From Escherichia phage ERS-1, in the sequence record PP337211: a stretch of 64,000 bases of DNA; one strand, given 5' to 3'. The number at the start of each line of letters is the position of its first letter. Within the stretch, counting starts at the first letter, position 1. The notes beneath the pieces are model-generated. The model did not search any database, was not told the origin of the DNA, and was given only the letters and a program-made list of their open reading frames with translations. A program made the position numbers and the translations under genes. Below, piece by piece: positions 1 to 6,838 of this stretch.

Positions 1-173
1 GGAATTGAAAATGATTTGTGGTCATGAGAACTTGTACGAGTAAATGATTTATCTTTAGCATAAACCAAAGTTACTTCATGACCATTTTTAATAAACCAAT
101 CACGTTGCTCAAGAGAAAATTTAGTTACGCCACAACCTTCAAGACCTCGAGCCATAAAAATACATACTTTCAT
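1..173 (-). CDS. a-gt: alpha-glucosyltransferase, N-terminal 57 codons (T-even phage a-gt); gene runs off the left edge
   Basis: Minus-strand translation from ATG at 173-171 gives MKVCIFMARGLEGCGVTKFSLEQRDWFIKNGHEVTLVYAKDKSFTRTSSHDHKSFSI, recognised from memory as the T4 alpha-glucosyltransferase N-terminus; GAGGA RBS 6 nt upstream. Confidence 0.7.
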   Translation of the reverse strand, partial: MKVCIFMARGLEGCGVTKFSLEQRDWFIKNGHEVTLVYAKDKSFTRTSSHDHKSFSI

Positions 174-204
174 TTAATATCCTCATTGTTTTGGTTTATT
201 TTAC

Positions 205-244
205 CAAAAAATTTATAAAGCAATATAGGAGCCGAAGCTCCTAT
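205..244 (-). terminator. hairpin (taggagc-UUCG-gctccta on the minus strand) followed by a U-rich run; T4-style intrinsic terminator
   Basis: Inverted repeat 227-244 with cgaa/uucg tetraloop, T-rich tract downstream on the minus strand. Confidence 0.4.
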
Positions 245-414
245 CCGCATAATACACCATACAGAGGCTCATTAGAGCTTCTAAATTTTATACGCTTATA
301 TGTTATAGTTCCTTCCGCTTTAGCTTTATCATGCGCCTCTTTAAAGCGCCTCATCATTTCTACTTTAGAGGAACGAATTTTATTATAATCTATTTCAGAA
401 GTCTGGATGTTCAT
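241..414 (-). CDS. small hypothetical phage protein (57 aa)
   Basis: Minus-strand ORF MNIQTSEIDYNKIRSSKVEMMRRFKEAHDKAKAEGTITYKRIKFRSSNEPLYGVLCG read by hand; same polarity as neighbours; weak RBS; competes with the plus-strand track ORF 191..388. Confidence 0.3.
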   Translation of the reverse strand: MNIQTSEIDYNKIRSSKVEMMRRFKEAHDKAKAEGTITYKRIKFRSSNEPLYGVLCG

Positions 415-587
415 CTTTCACAGTTGCCACCATTTTTTGACTTGATAAGAATCAACCCACACTTTTATTAGGGTCTGCTCTTACAATAGGAGGATTAACT
501 TCTTTAATTGAACTATCGTGGTATTCTTTTTCAGAAATTTTCACGCAAAGATGACCATTCAAAGATTCAGTAAATCCTGCATTAATT

Positions 588-905
588 TTAAGACGCTTGA
601 ATTTTACGTGTGTAAGCATCAATCATATCCTCAATCTGCGATCTAGTAGTCTTCCAAAGAATACTAATAAGTTCATCGTTATATGGCTGTTTTAGAATAT
701 CCCGACTTTTCTTGATAGCATATTCGTATTGAGCAAAATTATTGTTTTCAGCTGCAATCTGAGCGTGCTTATAAAGACGGTTCAGTTCGCGTTTGTTTTT
801 AGACAATAACTTATTTGCTTTTCTTTCTGCTTCAAGACGGTTCTTTTCTTCAATAGAAGAAATAAGCTTTTCCACTTCATCATTAATTTCGGGTTTATCA
901 GTCAT
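588..905 (-). CDS. hypothetical T-even phage protein (105 aa)
   Basis: ORF track; AT-rich codon usage and polarity consistent with the neighbouring phage genes. Confidence 0.55.
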   Translation of the reverse strand: MTDKPEINDEVEKLISSIEEKNRLEAERKANKLLSKNKRELNRLYKHAQIAAENNNFAQYEYAIKKSRDILKQPYNDELISILWKTTRSQIEDMIDAYTRKIQAS

Positions 906-962
906 ATTATTTCTCTAATATAAAATAAAAATCATCATCTGTTAAATGATACCGATAGTTTA

Positions 963-1127
963 AAATTCTACACCATTAGATTTAAAAGCGGTATCATACG
1001 GATTTTCTGGATCAATATCAATGTCAAGAGCTAAAACTTCCCTGAGATACATTTTAAGTAAATAGGGAATAGCTTCAACTTCAGGTATTTCTTCCAAGAA
1101 TCCGGAGAGGTTAATCGTTAGCCTCAT
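963..1127 (-). CDS. small hypothetical phage protein (54 aa)
   Basis: Minus-strand ORF MRLTINLSGFLEEIPEVEAIPYLLKMYLREVLALDIDIDPENPYDTAFKSNGVEF read by hand; no clear RBS. Confidence 0.3.
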
Positions 1128-1154
1128 ATAAAAAATCCAAACTAGGAGAATCGT

Positions 1155-1667
1155 CTACAACACTTTTCTTTCAGCCCCCGGTGTTCTATAGGTTGATTCT
1201 TCGTAATGCGTCATTTTATCGTAGATGTCTTGAATAAAAGTTTCATCTACTAACGCAACCATATCGTCGTCACGGCTGTCATAGACATTGTGAACGAAGT
1301 AACTATATTTCTTTGCAACTTCCTTACGTTCTTTTTTAATACGTTGGACGAATGCATTAAAACAAGCTTGAGTTATATACGCATGTGGGTTTTTATATTT
1401 CGTTTCATCAAAATTATGAAGCCCCTTAATAGAAGCTTCTATACCATCTGCAATCATTTCTTGTTTCCAAGATTGGGTGTATCCTGAAAAGTTGAAACGT
1501 TTAGATAAGCCTTCTGCAATAAGCATAATGGCTAATCCGATAGTATCATTCTGACGAACTACTTTATTTGGGTCTTTATTATTTGCTAATTCTGTTTTCC
1601 AATCAATAATAGCTTGTAAAAGCTCTTTATTGTTTACGTAATTATATTTAGGCTTAGTTTCTGACAT
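1155..1667 (-). CDS. 55: late-transcription sigma factor gp55 (T4-like)
   Basis: ORF translation [31 protein letters not shown]... matches my memory of T4 gp55; GAGGTG RBS upstream of the ATG at 1667; C-terminal end may differ from canonical T4. Confidence 0.8.
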   Translation of the reverse strand: MSETKPKYNYVNNKELLQAIIDWKTELANNKDPNKVVRQNDTIGLAIMLIAEGLSKRFNFSGYTQSWKQEMIADGIEASIKGLHNFDETKYKNPHAYITQACFNAFVQRIKKERKEVAKKYSYFVHNVYDSRDDDMVALVDETFIQDIYDKMTHYEESTYRTPGAERKVL

Positions 1668-1749
1668 TTTCACCTCTTAGCTCAATTCATAGATCTATTA
1701 TATCATAATATTTGAAGATCTATCTTAAAGCATAGAGGATGAATCAATT

Positions 1750-1965
1750 TCACACATTCATTAAGTTAGCCGCTTCAAGAGCTGCATCTAGTGAATCAAA
1801 TTGATCGACATATTCAATCAATTCGCCATAATTAGCGTATAACCACCATTGGCTAAATTCATACTCAAGGATGAATCCATTTCCTTCAATTTGAGTTAAA
1901 CCAATGCAGTTTGTATTTACTTCATATCCGGCAAGACGCAAATCGTTAATAAGAGCTTCGTTCAT
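1750..1965 (-). CDS. hypothetical T-even phage protein (71 aa)
   Basis: ORF track; AAGGT RBS; tightly packed with the upstream ORF. Confidence 0.5.
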   Translation of the reverse strand: MNEALINDLRLAGYEVNTNCIGLTQIEGNGFILEYEFSQWWLYANYGELIEYVDQFDSLDAALEAANLMNV

Positions 1966-1967
1966 AA

Positions 1968-2168
1968 TTATACCTTAGCAATTTTTAGGTCTGCAAATTT
2001 TTTCTTGCGTTGATTTTTCATGCGACGAATAGTCTTATCGGAAATTTCATGCTTTTGATAAGCTTTAGATTCTACACCAAAAGCTTTAACATCAAATTCT
2101 GACAAGATATATTGAACCAACAATTCACGGACAGTATTGCGTCCAATTTTCTGATCATTCTGTTTCAT
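1968..2168 (-). CDS. hypothetical T-even phage protein (66 aa)
   Basis: ORF track; basic small protein, phage-like packing. Confidence 0.45.
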   Translation of the reverse strand: MKQNDQKIGRNTVRELLVQYILSEFDVKAFGVESKAYQKHEISDKTIRRMKNQRKKKFADLKIAKV

Positions 2169-2319
2169 CGTCTGATGAAGCTTTTTCCCATTTATCCAAA
2201 ATTTGAGGAGTTACAATATCGCCTTTTCTAGCAAAGAAACTACTTTATCATATGCGTAAGAATTGATGGCGTTTTTAATTTGAATAGTCATACATTATCC
2301 TCAATTTCATTAAAATTTT

Positions 2320-2345
2320 ATTATCCAAAAAGGGCCGAAGCCCTT
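2320..2345 (-). terminator. hairpin aagggc-UUCG-gccctt followed by a U-run on the minus strand
   Basis: Perfect 6-bp stem with cgaa/uucg loop at 2330-2345, T-rich tract downstream on the minus strand. Confidence 0.45.
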
Positions 2346-2546
2346 AGCTAAACTGTTTGGCACCCTTCCAGCCTTCGTACATCATTGCGGCTGATATTAA
2401 TATTGCTCCTGAGCAACTTGAATATTTGTGATTCCAAAACCAGTTCAGAAAAACTTACCGTCATCAATACCCTGGGCTATCATATTTTCAAAGAACTGGC
2501 GACGAGCTTCAGCAATTCGTTGTGATAATTTAGATTCAGGATTCAT

Positions 2547-2678
2547 TTAAATTTTCCAGTTACCGTTTTCATCAATGAATTTAATCCAGTCATTTACTGA
2601 CCACTTAGTCGTATCGCCTTTTGGAGCAACATTTAAAGTGTATAATCCTTGTTTAAAAAGCATTCGTTTGATATTCAT
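2547..2678 (-). CDS. small hypothetical phage protein (43 aa)
   Basis: ATG at 2678 preceded by GAGGAAAAT RBS; translation MNIKRMLFKQGLYTLNVAPKGDTTKWSVNDWIKFIDENGNWKI. Confidence 0.4.
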   Translation of the reverse strand: MNIKRMLFKQGLYTLNVAPKGDTTKWSVNDWIKFIDENGNWKI

Positions 2679-2685
2679 ATTTTCC

Positions 2686-2961
2686 TCAGCTGTAACGATA
2701 GCACTCGTTTGATTTACGCTTAGCAACTCGTTGAGAAGTATTGTAATCAAAATCATCGTCAATGTAAACTGATTTTTTCAACTTTCTTACTTCACTACGC
2801 AATTGACGGTTTAGCTCATCTTTAACTTCTGAATCAATGCCTTTCATTCTACGCCATTTATCAGAGCGAAAAATGTTTTCAACCATATCTTTATGACTTA
2901 CACCATCAGGAGCTTTACGCTTTCCGAAATAGTCATAATCACGTACTTTTAAATCTTTCAA
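2686..2961 (-). CDS. hypothetical phage protein (91 aa; TTG start in track, internal ATG possible)
   Basis: ORF track; its 3' part (2731-2807) is the source of the inverted 77-bp copy at 4781-4857. Confidence 0.4.
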   Translation of the reverse strand: MKDLKVRDYDYFGKRKAPDGVSHKDMVENIFRSDKWRRMKGIDSEVKDELNRQLRSEVRKLKKSVYIDDDFDYNTSQRVAKRKSNECYRYS

Positions 2962-2973
2962 CGGCGATACGTT

Positions 2974-3150
2974 TTACCCATGGAGTTTAATTTCCTTAGC
3001 AACTGAACTAAATACGGCACGATCGCAAATCATCTGTTTATTCCATTTAAGTACAGTATAATGAACATCTAGATCATCTACTGCTGTAACAATAACAATA
3101 TGTCCATTAACACGATAATACTGATCCCTTTTAATCTCTTTATCAACCAT
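2974..3150 (-). CDS. small hypothetical phage protein (58 aa)
   Basis: Minus-strand ORF MVDKEIKRDQYYRVNGHIVIVTAVDDLDVHYTVLKWNKQMICDRAVFSSVAKEIKLHG with TGAGGA RBS. Confidence 0.4.
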   Translation of the reverse strand: MVDKEIKRDQYYRVNGHIVIVTAVDDLDVHYTVLKWNKQMICDRAVFSSVAKEIKLHG

Positions 3151-3282
3151 ATCAATTCCTCAAAGGCAATTCATATGTTAATAATACCACAGTTTGAACT
3201 TCTTGTAAACAACTTTGTGAAAATTATTTTAGGGAACGATAAGAAGGGAACGATGGCTTAGAATGGTAATATACAGAATGTG

Positions 3283-3305
3283 AGAAAGAAAGGCCCAGAG
3301 GGCCC
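3283..3305 (-). terminator. short GC hairpin followed by UUUCUUUCU on the minus strand, just downstream of nrdH
   Basis: ggccc...gggcc inverted repeat at 3292-3304 adjacent to the nrdH stop (3309). Confidence 0.4.
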
Positions 3306-3308
3306 GTC

Positions 3309-3617
3309 TTAATCTTCTATGATATCTCTATCATATCCAAGTGAAATGAGAGTTTCTTTGAAGTGTTTAATGTTCTTTTGTCTAGAATCATTGATGAAAA
3401 TGACTGGATAACGAATGTTAAGAGATGTGAATCCAGCGCGTTTAGCAAGAGATACAATCAGTGGACGATCATACTCAATCTTACCATTATTTGTAAGAAC
3501 TTTATAGAAAGTAAAAGGAGCATTAAGCTCCTTTAGAAGTTTTGTAACTGATTGACATCCAGGACAACGACCTACTTCATCTGGAATTCCATAGACTTCA
3601 ATCTTGTTTTGTTTCAC
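3309..3617 (-). CDS. nrdH: NrdH-like glutaredoxin/redoxin (102 aa)
   Basis: CPGC redox motif near the N-terminus (GRCPGCQS), size and position next to nrdG as in T4; GTG start with AAGGA RBS. Confidence 0.7.
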   Translation of the reverse strand: MKQNKIEVYGIPDEVGRCPGCQSVTKLLKELNAPFTFYKVLTNNGKIEYDRPLIVSLAKRAGFTSLNIRYPVIFINDSRQKNIKHFKETLISLGYDRDIIED

Positions 3618-3619
3618 AA

Positions 3620-3832
3620 CTATTCCTTACTAAGAGCAGCATTCAGTTTGTTAGTAATTTTATCCAGACGCTCATTGAACTCGCTAGAAGACAGTCCTTT
3701 TTCTGGAGAAATCAAACTAATCACGAAAAATATAACAATAAAAGGAATAAGGAAAATAGCTCCAACTGTCATAAACAGAAAGAATGTTACAGTTGTAAGA
3801 AAATCAGCTAAACCTTTACGAAATTTATACAT
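3620..3832 (-). CDS. small membrane protein (70 aa), hypothetical
   Basis: Hydrophobic core FLTTVTFFLFMTVGAIFLIPFIVIFFVISLI in the ORF track translation. Confidence 0.45.
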   Translation of the reverse strand: MYKFRKGLADFLTTVTFFLFMTVGAIFLIPFIVIFFVISLISPEKGLSSSEFNERLDKITNKLNAALSKE

Positions 3833-3951
3833 ATTTTACCCTTAATTGATTAACCAAGCATTGATAAGCACTAAACTATACTGCGAATAAAATTCTGGAC
3901 CAAAATGAAAAATCATATCATTTATAGTGTCCACAATATAATTCAATTTAA

Positions 3952-4419
3952 TCATTTTCCCCACACCCCATCGGTATTTGACCAAAGTCGCTGATTATCT
4001 GATCCTCGCCACAACTTTTTGGTCGGAAGATTTTTCTCATACTTCCCATCAATAATAACATCAACATATTTAAGCATTTCTAGTTGTTTAATATCTTCAA
4101 ACTTATATCCTGTCCACAACCAAATGCTTTTATTGGGATAAAGATTTTTTACTGTTTGAACGATGCAATGAACAACATCTCGGTTATCAGGATAGAGAGG
4201 GTCTCCTCCAGTTATAGTTAATCCTTCTATATAATCATTATTCAAACATTCAATTAATTGCTCCAGTGTTTCACCAGTGAATGGAACGCCATTTCTAGCA
4301 TTCCAAGTACTACGATTATAACAACCTTCGCATTTATGCAAACAACCTGTAACGAAAAGAACGACCCTGCAACCAGGGCCATTCACAAAGCAGCACGGGT
4401 ATATTCTGTCATAATTCAT
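3952..4419 (-). CDS. nrdG: anaerobic ribonucleotide reductase activating protein (radical SAM), NrdG
   Basis: CLHKCEGC (CxxxCxxC) radical-SAM cluster motif; translation matches my memory of T4 NrdG. Confidence 0.85.
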   Translation of the reverse strand: MNYDRIYPCCFVNGPGCRVVLFVTGCLHKCEGCYNRSTWNARNGVPFTGETLEQLIECLNNDYIEGLTITGGDPLYPDNRDVVHCIVQTVKNLYPNKSIWLWTGYKFEDIKQLEMLKYVDVIIDGKYEKNLPTKKLWRGSDNQRLWSNTDGVWGK

Positions 4420-4446
4420 TGGTGTTTAATCCTATGCATGATTTCT

Positions 4447-4677
4447 TTATTTTTGCCTAAGATTAAATCCGCGTTCGTTCGGATTTCCCAAATATCCGCA
4501 TGTTCTTCTTATTGTGTTCATCTTTTTAGGATCAGTTTCTCCACAAATAGAACAAACAAACCCGTTTTCAGTAGGAGTCATTTCATGGGTACTTCCACAC
4601 GTAAAACATTTATCTACTGGCATATTAACGCCAAAATAATCTAAATGTTGTGCAGCATAATCCCATAGGTTCATGCC
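4447..4677 (-). CDS. nrdD: anaerobic ribonucleotide reductase NrdD, C-terminal ~76 codons only (5' part of gene absent)
   Basis: CxxC...CxxC zinc ribbon and glycyl-radical motif RRTCGYLG; upstream in-frame sequence is a poly-A tract and repeat, not NrdD. Confidence 0.7.
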   Translation of the reverse strand, partial: GMNLWDYAAQHLDYFGVNMPVDKCFTCGSTHEMTPTENGFVCSICGETDPKKMNTIRRTCGYLGNPNERGFNLRQK

Positions 4678-4780
4678 TTTTTTTTTTTTTTTAGGTGCTG
4701 TCGATTCTGTTTGTAGTCGTCTGTTTAACCTTAGCAATACTAACTGAACCAAGTACAAAACAGTCAATTGCTAAGGTTAA
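4678..4780 (+). repeat. J-unit copy 1: T15 + aggtgctgtcgattctgtttgtagtcgtctg + perfect 14-bp palindrome arms (ttaaccttagcaat / attgctaaggttaa) around a 28-nt loop
   Basis: Directly read; ~85% identical by eye to the unit at 25997-26098; arms identical in both copies while the loops differ. Confidence 0.8.
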
Positions 4781-4857
4781 GTCAATTGCGTAGTGAAGTA
4801 AGAAAGTTGAAAAAATCAGTTTACATTGACGATGATTTTGATTACAATACTTCTCAA
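4781..4857 (+). repeat. perfect inverted copy of 2731-2807 (internal fragment of the T4-like ORF 2686..2961)
   Basis: 77/77 nt identical to the reverse complement of 2731-2807 by manual comparison. Confidence 0.85.
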
Positions 4858-4922
4858 CCAGTTTAAGTTTAAATTAATCTTTTGAGGTTTGTCGGAACAA
4901 TTTATATTAAACTGGTTCTTTT
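4858..4922 (+). other. hairpin (ccagttta ... taaactgg) followed by ttcttttt; terminator-like but with a 41-nt loop
   Basis: 8-bp inverted repeat 4858-4865 / 4907-4914 and downstream T-run. Confidence 0.3.
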
Positions 4923-4927
4923 TAAAC

Positions 4928-4971
4928 AGGTGCTGTCGATTCCGTTTGTAGTCGTCTGTTTAACCTTAGCA
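4928..4971 (+). repeat. left 31-bp inverted repeat of block A (aggtgctgtcgattccgtttgtagtcgtctg) plus ttaaccttagca half-site
   Basis: 30/31 identical to 4693-4723 and to the reverse complement of 25689-25719. Confidence 0.8.
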
Positions 4972-5002
4972 TATGTCTAATGTCGAAGCCACACACCACC
5001 GC

Positions 5003-5850
5003 CAGAGTTAAAGGATCGACTCCCATGGAACACCAGCACCTTCGGCATCAAGCTGAGCAAGATCTTCCCGTGGCTGGTTCAGGAAGGAGCTGCCGGGATC
5101 AATCGACTTCCCGTGGCGGACCTCCTCAACGCGCCCGGAAGGTGAACAGGCCTGCGCATGACCTTCGCCCAGCTCCGTCCAGGATGACCTGGCGGTGAAC
5201 GGTCGCCTTGGCGGGACGTTCAACCTGCTTCGCCGCCGGAAGGATGACGAAAGCGACGGGACCGCGGGCGCCGCCGCACGGGCGACTGTCCGTGAATGCC
5301 CGAACCTCCCTGGCCGGCTCGGCATGAGTTCGCCCTTCACGTGGTGGGGCCTTCCACCTCCCGGAGGAAGGCCGGGCGTCTGGGCGTCCGGACGATGTCA
5401 CCTGCCTGGAGCTGCGGCGGCGGCTCGTCACGCCTGCTCGGCGAAGGACCTGATTGGTGGGGCCTGGCTGTCTGGGTTGAAGCCCGGGACAGGTACTGTA
5501 CGAACACCGAGCATCCGAGGACCCTCCGGTGATGGTGGACATGGCGGGGATCAAGCGCAAGGACGCCAAAGGAAACTACCTGGGCCGTCCTACGGGATGG
5601 GCGGGGCGAAGATGTGCCTGGGCTCGGGCTCCCGACGATGATGGCCGTGCGCGGCCCCCGCTTCCGCTGTTCGACGCGGCACCTGCCCGGAGGGTCGGCG
5701 CCTGGTCGCGGAAGGGGCGCGGAGGTTCGAGGCCGCGGGGCCGGAGGGTCAGGCCCTCCTGGACACCCTCCACCCGGGTGCCCGTTCGCATCGGAGAAGC
5801 TGGCGAAGGCTTGCGAAGCCCGGGCGAAGGCCGTGGGCGGCGTCACATGA
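5003..5850 (+). pseudogene. first coding region of block A, hypothetical protein, frame lost repeatedly
   Basis: Protein-like stretches in three frames in succession (LPWNTSTFGIKLSKIFPWLVQEGAAGINRLPVADLL; DDLAVNGRLGGTFNLLRRRKDDESDGT; MVDMAGIKRKDAKGNYLGRPTGWAG; FASEKLAKACEARAKAVGGVT-stop at 5850). Confidence 0.35.
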
Positions 5851-6619
5851 CCTGAGCGGTCGCCGCTGCCGCTTCCCGAAGGAGGGGACGGGAACTACGA
5901 CTGGGACCCGGCGACCAACCGGCTGATCGGGCTCCTCCCGCGGACCGGGTCAAGATGGCGATGGTGGCCTGCGCGGAAGCCGGACTGGGGCGTCCCGGGG
6001 CCGGCGATGAGATCGCCTTCGGCTAGGCGAGGCGGAGGAGGCCGCGGAAGCTGCCTGGTTGCGGACGTGTACGCCGCCCCAACTCCCGTCAAGGTGGACG
6101 TGGAGATTGGGCAGGCTGGGGTCATCGCTTGGGCTGGACGGGAGCCGCCTTTGCGGTTCCGCTACGGGTGACGTGGGTGTCGGCTCACTCGTTTGCGGAT
6201 CGCTGCGGGTGTACCCGCTCGACCCCGCAGGAAGTCCGGGCGAACCCCTGGAGAACGATATGCGCCGTGGCAACGACAGCGTCCGTGGACCTCGAAGTGT
6301 TGGCGAGCGTGAGAAAGGGGGCCCTGGTCGACGGCGGCGGTGAGGAGGAAGTCTGGATGCCGGGTTGGTGTCCGCGCGGTCGAGAAGAAGGGCCTGCGGC
6401 CACCTGGACCGTCACCGAATGGATCGCCGGGTCAGAAGGGGCTGATATGAATGATCGCTGTGCGCTGGGAAGTTCTGGGCGGCGATGATCTGGGAGGCGG
6501 TCCTGGTCTGGCTCCTGGTAGGCGGTTGCCGGTGGACGCCTTCGAGTCCTTGACCTGGCCTCCTGCTGGGCGGCACTTCCTCGGAACGTTGCCCGGTTTC
6601 CGCTGAAGGAGGAGGTGAA

Positions 6620-6838
6620 ATGAGCGAACGTCAAGACCGCCTGGGACCGCCGCGATGTTGGGCTGGCCGGTCGTCGCGGGCTGGAAGGGGTGATCAAGGT
6701 CGGAGCCGTCCTGGTCGGCCGGGCGGTGGCGCGGCTTCGACCGGGTTCAACGGCTTCCCGCCCGGTGCGATGACTCGCCGGAGCTGTACGCTGACCGCGG
6801 TGTACCTGCCGTCGGTGGCGGAGGCGTTGGCTCTTTAG
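6620..6838 (+). CDS. hypothetical protein start with strong RBS (GAAGGAGGAGGTGAA-ATG); downstream frame drifts
   Basis: AGGAGG 6-8 nt before ATG 6620; N-terminus MSERQDRLG, then protein-like sequence continues in another frame (DRRDVGLAGRRGLEGVIKVGAVLVGRAVARL). Confidence 0.4.
   Translation: MSERQDRLGPPRCWAGRSSRAGRGDQGRSRPGRPGGGAASTGFNGFPPGAMTRRSCTLTAVYLPSVAEALAL

Noticed and set aside
191-388. Plus-strand 65-aa ORF in the T4-like region
   Set aside because: Opposite to the uniform minus-strand polarity of the T-even gene cluster, no RBS, and it overlaps a better minus-strand small ORF and a terminator hairpin.
4447-4980. Group I intron or homing endonuclease (as in T4 nrdD) immediately upstream of the nrdD 3' exon
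   Set aside because: No endonuclease ORF or intron-like structured sequence; the region is poly-T plus repeats and then GC-rich DNA.
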